From the NCBI RefSeq assembly GCF_004010195.1, contig NC_057711.1, positions 145,353,369-145,417,368 on the forward strand: a stretch of DNA of 64,000 nucleotides, read 5' to 3'. Shown in pieces: positions 27,901 to 37,318 of the stretch. Position numbers and translations under genes: made by a program. This DNA is from Chiloscyllium plagiosum (taxonomy: Eukaryota). The notes beneath the pieces were generated by a model. It saw nothing but the letters and a program-made list of their open reading frames with translations, did no database searches and was not told the origin of the DNA. Positions within the stretch are counted from its first letter, which is position 1. The number at the start of each line of letters is the position of its first letter.

Positions 27901-30900
27901 TTTAATCAAGCCACCACAACTCCTTGGTTTAAGCATAAGCTGAAAATGTAAGCCACTGCAACATGAATCTATCTTTTATATGTTTGGCTTTCTTGTCAAA
28001 TGAAGACCGATACAGCCCACCCTGTCGCATTCCAACAATGGGCATGGCAATATGAATTCCTGTTATAAACTTGGCTAACTCTGCATTTATCTAGTTGGGT
28101 TGACATTGTTGATCTGTTAATGAGACAAATGTCGTTATTACCACTTTTTTCAAGCTGAAATTTACTCTTATCTGTAACTAGTTGTGTTCAGGTTAAACTT
28201 TTCTGTACTCCATTCTGATGTGCAGCATTGGTTCAGGGTACATTCATGTACAAGTTATCTTCGCTAAGCTACTGTGCATCCCAGGTAAAGCTTTTTTCTC
28301 TTGGGCATGATGGGTCAAGTAACTTGACTTTATATAAAGATGATCTCTTCTAGTTTCTTCAAAGCTGAAGATGTTTATCAGTGCCATTTAGTCCACTTGT
28401 GATGCATGTATTTTTTCCTCACCAGGTATACTTGAGACACCTACAGCCAGATACAGGATTAAAGGCTTTGCCAGAGCATGTAGCATACCAACTAATTAAC
28501 AATCAAGTATCCTCAGCCGATTATATCTGGAAAGACAAATTAGTCTATTTTTCAGATTCTGAAGAAGGCATTGTTGGAAAAGTTTTGCTAGGATCAAATT
28601 CATCCTCTATGCAAAGGATTTTTCAGGTTAATGGTATCATATCACTGACTGTGGACTGGTTGAGTGGCAATCTCTATTGGATCACCAGCAATCCTAGTGT
28701 AATTGAAGTGGCATCTGGAAATGGTGCTTACAGACTTGTTCTGATAGACTATCTCTACCATTCAACTTCACTTTCATTATATCCACCTAATGGTATCATG
28801 TGCTTCTCTGACTGGGGATTAGAAGACCAAAAAGTTGGCCCAAGAATTGAATGTTCCCAAATGGATGGCCAGAAGCGCAAAGTACTTTGGAAAAAGTGTC
28901 GCCTCCCCACAGGTCTACTTATTGCAGAATCGGGTACTCGGCTTTATTGGATTGATCTGGGTAGGTATTGCTGAAGGAATCAACTGAACTACAGTCTCCT
29001 CTGTTTACACTAAATGCCAAATGAATTAAAGCTGGGCCAATGTAAAGTGCAGTAGGTTAGAACTGTGCCTTGAAGGCTACTTTTTGGATCTAATTCCAGT
29101 AGAATAGGAAAAGTCAAAGTCTTTAAAAATGCATTGACCAACTTGGCAACCTGGGGAGCCCTATTCTAGCTACAATGTTAGCAGTGGTTAATATTTCCTG
29201 GGGTATTTTTTGTTTCTGGGCATCTGGCTGAAAGTGGTAACTTCTATACCTTAATGCCTCTCTTCCAGGATCCCTGAGAATTTGAGTAGGACTTTTTTTT
29301 GGGTGCACCAATCTTCAATTGTATATGCCAATAGTAAAGTCCAATGAAGTGTTCAGACCAGATGTAGTGTTCAAGCTTTGTTTTTCAAATCTATCATGGC
29401 TTGGCTTCAAATATGTCTCCAATCTGACTTTTACTATAGTAAAAATGTGTACACTTTATAGTGAGCTAATATTTTGAGCAGCTCAAAACATTGTCTTGGA
29501 GTAACTTTTCTCCCATTTTATAGATCACAATGTTATTGACAGTGTCCTGTTGGATGGCTCAGAATTTCGAGAAATTCAAGCAGGTCTTGAAGCCCAGTCT
29601 GTCTTTGCGTATGGGGAGAACACTCTGTTCTGGACAACTGTAAACAATGGTAAGTTAAACTTCAACTGATTTTCAAATGTAGCCTGTGGTCAGTGACATA
29701 ACTAAAACTTCTGTTTGATAGGTTACACAAGGATGTGGTACAACATGATTGGACAGAAGAAGCAACTGTGGTTTGAAGTACAGCAGAAAATTGTTGGCCT
29801 GAAAGTATACAACAGACTGCAGCAACAAGGTCAGTTTGCCGTATAATAAAATGGCCTGGAGTAGATGTTTGCTTGAGGTTTGCCCATATCCCTCAGATCT
29901 TCAGTGATAGGCAAGTTGTTGGAGGGAATCCTGAGGGACAGGATGTACATGTATTTGGAAAGGCAAGGACTGATTAGGGCTAGTCAACATGGCTTTGTGC
30001 ATGGGGAAAACATCTCTCTCAAACTTTGTTTGTGGAAGTAAAAGGATTGAGGGTAGAGCAGTAGATGTGATCTATATGGACTTCAGTAAGGCATTTGACA
30101 AGGTTCCCCATGGGAGACTGATTAGCAAGCTTAGATCTCACTGATTACAGGGAGAACTAGCCATTTGGATACAGAACTGGCTCGAAGGTAGACAGGGTGG
30201 TGGAGGGTTGTATTTTCAGACTGGAGGCCTGTGACCAGTGGAGTGTGATGGACAGTGAAGAAGGTTACTTCAGATTACAACAGGATCTTGACCAGATGGG
30301 CCAATAGGCTGAGAAGTAGCAGATGGAGTTTAATTCCAATAAATGAGTGCTGCATTTTGGGAAAGCAAATCTTAACAGAACTTGGACACTTGGGAGTTTG
30401 CTGAGCAAAGACCTTGGAATGCAGGTTCATAGCTCCTTGAAAGTGGAATCACAGGTAGATAGGACAGGTGGAGGTGTTTGTTATGCTTTCCTTTATTGGT
30501 CAGAGTATTGAGTACAGGAATTGGGAGGTCATGTTGCAGCTGTACAGGACATTGGTTAGGGCACTTTTGGAATATTGTGTGCAATTCTGGTCTCCTTTCT
30601 CTCAAAGGTATTGTGAAACATGAATGGGTTCAGAAAAGACTTGGATGTTGCCAGGGTTGGAGGATTTGAGCTACAGGGAGAGGCTGAACAGGCTGGGGCA
30701 GTTTTCCCTGGAGCATCGGAGGCTGAGAGATGACCTCGGGCTTACAAAATTGAGGGGCATGGATAGGGTAAAGAGAGACACCATCTTTTCCCTGGGGCTG
30801 GGGAGTTCAGAACTAGAGGGCATGGGTTTAGGGTGAGGGGAAAGATAAGAACTAAGGGGCAACTTTTTCGTGCAGAGGGTGGAATGTGTATGGAATGAGC

Positions 30901-33900
30901 TGCCAGAGGAAGTGGTGGAGGCTGGTACAATTACAACACTTAAAGGCATCTGGATGGGTATATGAATAGGAAGGGTTTGGAGGGACATGAGCTGGGTGCT
31001 GGCAGGTAGGATTAGATTGCATTGGGATATCTGGTTGGCATGAACCAGTTGGACTGAAGGGTCTGTTTCTATGCTGTACATCTGACTCTTACACATTTTA
31101 AAAGCTTTTTAATGTAACCTTGAGCAGTAAGATAAGAACTTGGTGAATGTCAAAGGATTGAGAATTGAAAGCAGGAAGGATAACTGCACCAATGCTGCAT
31201 TAAATATTGCAAAACTTTTTAAATGTGCAGGAGACCACTTAAGCACTTTAGAATTAGACATTCTAATTGAGAATTAGACTATTTACATAATTTTGAGCTA
31301 ACTTTCAAGTTTACACAACTGTACATAAGCACTTGTAGGCTAAATGGGAGGTGACAGTTAAGTGCTACACTTACAATTCATTATGCTGATTTTTGACATA
31401 ATGTGCTACCCAAATGTAAACAAATAAATTCCATTGAAGACCATGGATGTTACAAGTGCTTTGAATGTAGTTGCTTTGATATAACTTCCAATTACTGCAC
31501 AAGTTAGATTTCTGACTTTCTGAAGTAAAAATATATTCTAGTGTACATACCATTTCAGCAGAAAAATGGGCTTTTCTTTAGTCCCAGGCATGGTTGCAGT
31601 TGTGTTCGTAGAAGTAAATATTTCCAAATAGCACATCGCTATCTTAAATTACAGGGTTCAATTTCTGTTCGGAGAACAATGGAGGTTGTGACCACTTGTG
31701 TCTAGCGTACCCAGGAGGAAGATCGTGCAGATGTTCAACAGGGTATCTGCTCACCAATGGCAGCAAGTGTGAAGCCATAGAGTGCCAACCTGAGACTTGG
31801 CAGTGCCAAGATCAATTGAGCTGCATTTTGAATGAACAAGTGTGTGATGGCAAAAAGCATTGTGCAGATGGATCTGATGAAATGGAGTGTAAGTAAAGGA
31901 TTGTTTTTGCTTTGGAACAGATTTGCAAATCTTCTAGTAATGAGTATATTGACTAATCATTAGGTACTATGAATGTGTTAGCAATCTTGGATTTGTGACT
32001 AATCCCACTGTATGCATGGGATAAACTGTATTAAATGGACTGGATTCTTGTCTGGTTGCAATTTCAGTTTACAATAGCCAGGTAACTCCTCAATTATTCT
32101 CAAATGCTGGTCCCAATTTTGTACACCTACCAGCTGTTAAATGTTTTTAAATATACAGCCTCTTTAATTCCGGGTTTCAATTCCTATTAAATATCACTAA
32201 AGTCAGATCTTTTTGTTATGAAGAGGAAATTCATTGCAACAAATAGAATAAGGCGACCTCAACTTGAGTAACTTCAAATAGTGACTGTTCAGTGCCACTC
32301 ATTTGCCCTGAAAGAAAAATCATAAAACAAGTGAGCACTTTAAGAGGCAACTTGCTCTGAGCTCCAGACATACCAACATGGGTTTATACTATTCTAAATG
32401 GCAGTCAGTTATACAGCTTAGAAGCAGACCTTTGGGCCTAACTTGTCCATGCCAACCATGTTCCCAAACTAAACTTGTCCCACTTGCCTGTTAGTTTCTG
32501 CTAATCTTTCCTGTTCATGTAATTATCTAAATGTCTTTTTAATGGTGCAATTGTACCTGTGTCCACCATTTTCCTCATGAACCACCCTTTGTGGAAAAAG
32601 CTTCCCCTCATGTCTTCAAATTTTGTCCTCTCTTTAAAAAAAAATATGCCCCCAGTTTTGAACACTCTCTCACCTTAAGACCCTTGTTGTTCACTTTTTT
32701 TTTTCCCTGTACCCCTCATGATTTTATAAACCTCAACATCCAACACTCATGAAGTCCCAGCCTATTTTTTAAACTCCTTCTCCATTTCTGACTGTCCTTA
32801 TAATTTTCTGAACCCTTCTCCAACTTAATCACCTTTTTTCATAGCAGGGCAACCAGAACTCTACTTAAGTACTGCTTCCTGTACATGCTGCCCCAACACT
32901 TTTTTTCAATAAATGGTCTTGGCAATGAAGACAAAGATGCTAAATGCCACCAGTGATGCAAGCTTCAAAAATTTATATACCTGACTCCCTAGGTCTGTTC
33001 TACATCACTACCCAGGAGCCTGTACATTTAACTGTACAAGTCTTGCCCTTGTTATCAAAATGCAATACCTCCATTATCCAAATGGGAAAAACACCAGTAA
33101 TGTCAAGATCATAAATCTTGCTTAAACCTTGGATCTCCATCTTGTAGACTCTAGCAAGACTTTACTGTAGAGATGTGAATTCTTTTAGAATTTCTGAACT
33201 AATTCATTGTTTCTATAGGTCATAGAACATGGGAACAATCTGCACTGACAACATATGTACTTCCTAGATCTTCAGTTTCTCCCTCTGATCAAGAACACTC
33301 AACTACTTCAAAATGGTTTCCAGTTACTGACACATACCTTTCAGAAAATCATTCAATCTCCTCCAGTGATAGAGAGAGAATTTCAACTGCACATAGTCAT
33401 GAAGTTTCCCTGCAGTATGCTACTGCCTCTGCTGCAACAGAAAATGTCTCCACCAGCCAAATGGGTAACTTCAGTGCAACAGAAGGTGCTGGACGATCCA
33501 GCTCCTGTACAGCAGAGATGTGTAACATGCATGGGAGGTGCTTTATAGCCAATGACATGGTTATGTGCAAATGCCATGAAGGGTACACTGGAAGGTTCTG
33601 TGAAGATGAAGAGATGCCAGGACTTAGTGTCATTGTCATTTTGGGAATACTTGTGTTAGTCCTCCTTGTTGCTATTGGGACAATCGCCTTCAAAAAGAGA
33701 GCTGCAAAAAGGTTTGTTTTAATTCATTAAGAATTTCATTCAGTTTCTCTGGAAACTATGTACTGTTGTTTGAATGGTAACTCCATCTGGTTCCATGACA
33801 TCTTGTTAACATCCTCCTAGTATGAATGAGTGGGGTAAGAATGGGTTTTGGACAAACTTTGTCCATATCACCCAGACAAGTTAGTAATACTTGGCCCATG

Positions 33901-35842
33901 TTAACCTGTTTAGCTACTTCCCCTGAAGTGTAGATTTTGCATGTTCCAAACTCTGCAGCTAAAAGCAGAAGTGACTCAATGCAGTTTACATCTTAGCTCA
34001 GTGAATGGGATAAGCCAAAAGTTAAGGTATGACAAATACTTTGATCGATGAATTGAGACCAGATTTCTTCTTACCAATTATCCTTTTAGGTTCACGGCAG
34101 AATTTATTTACAGTTTTTTTAAAAAATGCAAATTATCTTTGCAGGAGAGCTGGAGCCAACTTGCAACAGACTACAACCAGCCATGGGAATCAGACCTTCA
34201 GGAATGAGGCTTTTGTAGAAGTACCAGAGGTGATGCAAAAATGAGGACTTAACTCCTACTAAGACTTGTTTATTTCAATGGATTGGTTCCCATTCCAAAT
34301 CTGTAGGGAAAACTTCTGCATGGTTCTGTTTTTTTAATATAAACTATTAAGGAGATTGTAGGTGGCCAGATGACTGTTGCAGACAACCAAAATGGAGATA
34401 GCTGTAGATAATGAGAACTGCCAGAGGGTACAGCAAGTTGGGCTGGAGATGGAATTAATTTGAACAAATGCAACATGATCTATTTTGGAAGGCCTAATGC
34501 AGGGGGTGAAGTAATAAAAGTAAATGACCACCTTTTATCAACCTCCCACAGGATCTGTATACAAATTCCAGTTCCTAACTGGATAGGTCAAGAATGCAGT
34601 CTGCTTGCTGCCTTATTGATCAGGGAATAGTCTAAACGTAAATAATGGTGCAGGTGTAAATGTTCAGACACATCTGGAATGTTGTGTACAGTTCTGGTTG
34701 CCACACTACCAGAAGGATATTAAGGCTTGAAGCTACAGAAGATTTACCAGGTTGTTGGCTGGTTTAAAGAATACTTACCTGAGGAGAGATTGGACAAACT
34801 TGGTTTATTTTCACTTGAATGGTTATCTAATGAGTGGTTTTCTGGCTCTCAATTGAGGCATGGGTAATGAGTTTCCCCCACTACCCCCTGTAAAATGTCT
34901 ACTTGAGGATTCCTTTCAAGAGGGGTGCTAAATTGAGGGTGGAAAGTGCTGAGAAGGCACTGCGAGAGGTGGTTACAAAAGCAGCATTTCAGGCATCTTT
35001 ATGCATAAATAGGGAGGAGGATACAGACCAGAGACATGTTTTAGTTTATAAAGGCACATGTCAGCATAGTTTTGGTGGGCCAAAAGGCACCTCTTATGCA
35101 ATACTTTTTTTTTTCTATTCTTTAATTCTGAATTTCTCCTTCACCTGTACCCACCCACCAAATGGGAGTTGGAACACTCTACCAATAAGAGTAGTGATGT
35201 GACTTCCCCATAGCCAATTAGTAACCAGAGTCCTTCACAGTTCACCTACAAACACCACTAGGCATTAAGTTAGGGGCATTGTGACTAGAAAACAGTTTCA
35301 ATATTGAATCTGAGGGAAATGGTTCTTGAACCACCTGGGATGGAGTACCTCCTGCCCTTTAGTTCACCAATAAATAGATTTTTGGCATGTCAGTTGAGGG
35401 CTGACAGTTCTGGTCAGCTCTGCTACAAATTCACAAGATGTGAATAGTTTGGTTTAATCACTTTGCAATTATTTCCTGATTAATTGTACTGAGTGGCACA
35501 AAAGGCACTACATTAGAGCCTAATCACTCCCCTTTTATCCCTACTGGAAGGCTGAATCCAGCTCCTGTGTGCTGTACATGTGAAGTGTATATAATTGAGC
35601 TGTTCACACTTGTTTCCAAATGTAAGTTTTTTTTAGGATCTGAGCTAAAGATGCAACCATGTGCTTAAATCTAAATTCCCTCGCCTCTAGTTAGTAATAC
35701 AATAACCACTCTACCCTGATGCATTTATACTTGGTGCTAGAACTTCCTGTGATGTCTGCCACATGTAAAATCAACTGTCAAGATGTCAAAATTAACTCTA
35801 GCAACTTTTTTTGTTTTGCAGATGCCACAGACAACCAATTGA
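766..35842 (+). CDS. lrp13: LDL-receptor-related protein, Lrp13-like (vitellogenin-receptor type); 24 coding exons in window, 5' end upstream of window
   Basis: Manually spliced GT-AG exons are phase-compatible throughout (4670 nt) and give YWTD propellers, EGF repeats, 7 clustered LDLa repeats plus one isolated membrane-proximal LDLa, S/T stalk, TM and short tail. LDLR-family membership is clear; Lrp13 orthology is inferred from the 7+1 LDLa layout. Confidence 0.7.
1430..2950 (+). mobile_element. highly decayed CR1-type LINE fragment
   Basis: Remnants of CR1 ORF1 and endonuclease-region motifs; no intact ORF. Confidence 0.5.
3182..3347 (+). CDS. LRP exon, YWTD propeller A
   Basis: ctctag acceptor; DARGVTSVAVDWFTGLIFWTN; AG|gtaaga donor; not in the ORF track on this strand. 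Confidence 0.9.
3600..4570 (-). mobile_element. decayed CR1 3' fragment
   Basis: Reverse-strand CR1 RT and 3' motifs (e.g. gaccagaac..acaatactc). Confidence 0.55.
4645..4960 (+). mobile_element. tRNA-derived SINE with conserved core and LINE-derived tail
   Basis: A-box-like gtggcctagtgg head; ggttcactaa...ggaaggaaactgcc core; tail related to the LINE 3' end at about 62120-62170. Confidence 0.6.
5798..5972 (+). CDS. LRP exon, YWTD propeller A
   Basis: LMFWVN...IETAGMDGSGR...LTLDYPTERLYWFN; tttcag / gtaagt. Confidence 0.92.
6226..6930 (-). mobile_element. CR1 LINE 3' fragment
   Basis: Reverse complement matches the CR1 3' ends at 30400-31087 and 50890-51200. Confidence 0.85.
7014..7224 (+). 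CDS. LRP exon, YWTD propeller A end
   Basis: SVETVSVDGSGR...FSVFENSFYWSE...NQQQ; A|gtaagt donor. Confidence 0.9.
7320..7439 (+). CDS. LRP exon, EGF-like repeat
   Basis: CQKAECSHICLLSPLNTKGYKCACPEGTYLVSGKCE, 6 Cys; phase 1-1. Confidence 0.92.
8130..9220 (+). mobile_element. decayed CR1/L2-group LINE fragment
   Basis: RT remnant (GF..GHSAPDLITAL); 3' part homologous to 61708-62180. Confidence 0.6.
9225..10380 (-). mobile_element. CR1 LINE fragment
   Basis: Reverse-strand CR1 RT and 3' UTR motifs. Confidence 0.7.
11171..11795 (+). mobile_element. CR1 3' fragment containing a 198-bp tandem duplication
   Basis: CR1 3' motifs; 11171-11368 repeated at 11369-11566. Confidence 0.85.
12900..13013 (+). 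CDS. LRP exon, EGF-like repeat
   Basis: ttgcag acceptor; CTIANGGCSERDTCIQHTNGVYCFCPGSEDCSP, 6 Cys; G|gtaact; phase 1-1. Confidence 0.8.
13385..13535 (-). mobile_element. DeuSINE-like (SacSINE1/AmnSINE-type) fragment
   Basis: Reverse strand cagtacagtactgaggaagcactgcactg resembles the Deu domain as recalled. Confidence 0.5.
13895..14128 (+). mobile_element. degenerate HE1-type V-SINE
   Basis: Homologous to the copy at 24062-24349, with deletions. Confidence 0.65.
14993..15163 (+). CDS. LRP exon, LDLa repeat 1
   Basis: CDRTFFLCDDGSECVSMDYKCDGDRDCPDGSDEIGC. Confidence 0.93.
15230..15770 (+). mobile_element. decayed Penelope-like element 3' end (GIY-YIG remnant)
   Basis: Frameshifted LVYC..C...GET...KHDP...CRLEKQ..LF resembles the PLE GIY-YIG C-terminus, followed by pyrimidine-rich UTR and a pLTR-like end. 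Confidence 0.5.
16461..16580 (-). mobile_element. Penelope-derived short element, family 1, decayed
   Basis: gctggaaaagcacagcag..caggcagcatc motif shared with 51209-51339. Confidence 0.7.
16880..17095 (+). CDS. LRP exon, LDLa repeats 2-3
   Basis: FHCSDGTRCI...CDGIAQCPDGSDE...WICDGSEDCTDKTDEFNC. Confidence 0.93.
19065..19294 (+). CDS. LRP exon, LDLa repeats 4-5
   Basis: CSSDDFICNDGQCI...DCKDHSDEHNC...WWCDDEMDCEDGMDEQ. Confidence 0.93.
19453..19650 (+). mobile_element. tRNA-derived SINE, decayed
   Basis: tagctcagctgg A-box and ggttcagttcc B-box-like motifs. Confidence 0.5.
20244..20373 (+). CDS. LRP exon, LDLa repeat 6
   Basis: [33 protein letters not shown]; T|gtgagt. Confidence 0.92.
20463..20641 (+). 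CDS. LRP exon, LDLa repeat 7 plus EGF start
   Basis: CMSSEFQCANSKCI...DDCADGSDEGDDC...CTHVCYRTPYGP|gtaagt. Confidence 0.93.
22589..22775 (+). CDS. LRP exon, EGF end plus calcium-binding EGF
   Basis: KCGCETGF...CIDVDECKE...CLNMNGTYSCSCHSGF...CKVT. Confidence 0.93.
23755..23970 (+). CDS. LRP exon, YWTD propeller B
   Basis: AEPVILV...SLDYDWKEKVIFWVD...LIK. Confidence 0.92.
24062..24349 (-). mobile_element. HE1-type V-SINE, young
   Basis: tRNA-like head, V-domain (gtggagtttgcacgttctccc), CR1-like tail; CpGs retained. Confidence 0.88.
25264..25447 (+). CDS. LRP exon, YWTD propeller B
   Basis: IKSDCVAVDWVGRNIYWTDG...DQPHSLVLQPLN. Confidence 0.93.
25752..25953 (+). CDS. LRP exon, YWTD propeller B
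   Basis: LMYWAEIGGEPHIERAGMDG...WPTSLTID...ANLDGSNIK. Confidence 0.93.
26025..26186 (+). CDS. LRP exon, YWTD propeller B
   Basis: PFAVALFEDEIFWTD...QPYGLK. Confidence 0.92.
26273..26473 (+). CDS. LRP exon, EGF plus start of propeller C
   Basis: VMHEVLQP...NPCEKMGCKHLCLLGP...CHC...SCLK. Confidence 0.92.
26993..27085 (+). mobile_element. Penelope-derived short element, decayed hammerhead
   Basis: cctgatgagcttatgctc...ggatgttgcctgac...tctagcaccacac; GAAA lost. Confidence 0.5.
28426..28960 (+). CDS. LRP exon, YWTD propeller C
   Basis: VYFSD, VDWLSGNLYWIT, MCFSD, QMDG and LYWID motifs in one 535-nt exon. Confidence 0.93.
29524..29649 (+). CDS. LRP exon, YWTD propeller C
   Basis: VIDSVLLDGSEFRE...ENTLFWTT. 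Confidence 0.88.
29722..29829 (+). CDS. LRP exon, YWTD propeller C end
   Basis: YTRMWY...IVGLKVYNRLQQQ; phase 1-1. Confidence 0.85.
29893..31090 (+). mobile_element. CR1 LINE ORF2 and 3' fragment
   Basis: SQHGF and VDVIYMDFSKAFDKVPH RT motifs; CR1 3' UTR; frameshifted. Confidence 0.92.
31655..31888 (+). CDS. LRP exon, EGF plus isolated (+1) LDLa repeat
   Basis: CSENNGGCDHLCLAYPGGRSCRC...CQPETWQCQDQLSCI...CDGKKHCADGSDE. Confidence 0.93.
32405..33085 (-). mobile_element. decayed CR1 3' fragment
   Basis: Homologous to 9225-9900 and 6226-6930. Confidence 0.7.
33219..33711 (+). CDS. LRP exon, Ser/Thr-rich stalk, EGF and transmembrane helix
   Basis: About 85 S/T-rich residues, CTAEMCNMHGRC...CKCHEGYTGRFC, hydrophobic LSVIVILGILVLVLLVAIGTIAF, then KKR. 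Confidence 0.92.
34145..34229 (+). CDS. LRP exon, cytoplasmic tail
   Basis: ttgcag acceptor phase 2; RAGANLQQTTTSHGNQTFRNEAFVEVPE; donor uncertain (GAG|gtgatg) or read-through to TGA ending at 34244. Confidence 0.75.
34365..35110 (+). mobile_element. decayed CR1 3' fragment
   Basis: W.M.FN..KC and HLE.CVQFW remnants. Confidence 0.65.
35822..35842 (+). CDS. probable terminal coding exon (MPQTTN*)
   Basis: Strong polypyrimidine tract plus cag acceptor, phase 0, TGA, and AATAAA 49 nt later. Confidence 0.6.
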   Translation: MPQTTN

Positions 35843-35890
35843 AGCCTACAGAAATATTTTTGCCCTTGTTTCAAATTTTATTTTAGCTTA

Positions 35891-35896
35891 AATAAA
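35891..35896 (+). terminator. polyadenylation signal of the LRP gene
   Basis: AATAAA shortly after the putative last exon stop. Confidence 0.6.
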
Positions 35897-35954
35897 CTGC
35901 TGAAACATACCTTCTGATGTATTGCACTTCATTCCTAAGTTACACTCGGGAAAA

Positions 35955-36165
35955 AGTACAAAGTTTTAAAATCAAACACCAGGTTATCGTCCAACATGGT
36001 TATTTGGAAGCACTACCTTTCAGAATGCTACTCCATCAGGTGGTTATGGATATAAGATCCTGATGAAGTAGCAGCACCTCAAGAGTGCTTACAAATACCT
36101 GTTGGACGAACTGGTGTTGTGATTTTTAACTTTGTACTGATCCAGTCAAACACTGGCACCTCCCA
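35955..36165. mobile_element. Penelope-derived inverted-repeat element, family 2
   Basis: Arms gtacaaagtt...acaccag / ctggtgtt...aactttgtac; decayed CTGATG cores; homologous to 52512-52595. Confidence 0.7.
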
Positions 36166-37024
36166 ATTCTGGGGGTGAAAGTAAATACCGTGGAATTAGC
36201 TGCAGTTCACTTGATCTCCCCAAGGTGGTGCTCAAAGCCAATCAACAAATGCGTTTCATGGCTGAGGAAACTCAAACTTAAGACTCCATTCTAACATGTT
36301 TTAACACAGAATGGTGTCCAAACATCCACATTTTCCTTTTTTGCTGTCTTGTAACCTGCCTGCATGGTTCTTAGTTTTTGTAGGATGCAGGTAAATTGAG
36401 GTACTAGGTTAATGTAATGCTGCCCTTTTACTTAAGTAAAAGTTTAAGTCAACTAAGTTTCAGTGACCCTTTAACTGGACTGCATCTAGTTTGATCAATG
36501 CTGCTCCAAGACACTGCTTTTCCCTCTTAGTAAAAAAAATTAAGCAATGTTGACACTTAAAACTAGTCTAAACTTGATGTCACCATATAACTACCATAAA
36601 GTTACACAAGGTGTAATGTTAATAACCAATTGGAATAGTCTTTGAATTATTGGTTCAAAATTTCTTGCTTTAGTTGAGCAATATGCACCTTCAAATAAAG
36701 AATCAAATATTTACTTTCTGGATTTTTAATTTACAGAAATTTCTAGTTAACTTGTCCACGAGCTGTTTTGCCACTTGCCCCTTTACATTATCTATTATGT
36801 AGATAATGCCACTTAACTGCCTTTAATCCTTCTGCCTGTTTTAATGCATTTTGTTTGACTCTAATAGCATTTGTATGCAACTAATGACTGAATTCATCAA
36901 ACTCATTTGAATCACTTTTTCAACCTTCCCTAACTGCATCTAATAGTCATGCATACTATGAAAGCAGCTGGGAAACCATTGGTCACATTTTTGTTTTGCA
37001 GAATTTCTATTGCACCAAATTGTG

Positions 37025-37318
37025 CATGTGGCTTAGTGGTTAGCATTGTTGCCTCTCAGCACTAGGGAGCCAGGTTCAATTCCAGTCTCTGGTGACTGTG
37101 CAAACTCTAGACATATTCTGTGTTTGCATGGGTTTCCTCCCACAATCCCAAAATGGGCAGATTAGGTGGATTATCCCTACTAACTTGCCCATTGTGTTCA
37201 GATGTGTAGGTTGGGTAAATGGGGGGTGGGGGGAGAGGAGAAGAGAAAGAGGTGGGGTCTGGTGGGTTGGTGTGGACTTTGAGACAACAGGCCTGTTTCT
37301 ACATTACAGGGATTCTAA
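37025..37318 (+). mobile_element. HE1-type V-SINE, decayed
   Basis: gtggcttagtggttagc head, ggttcaattcc B-box. Confidence 0.7.
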
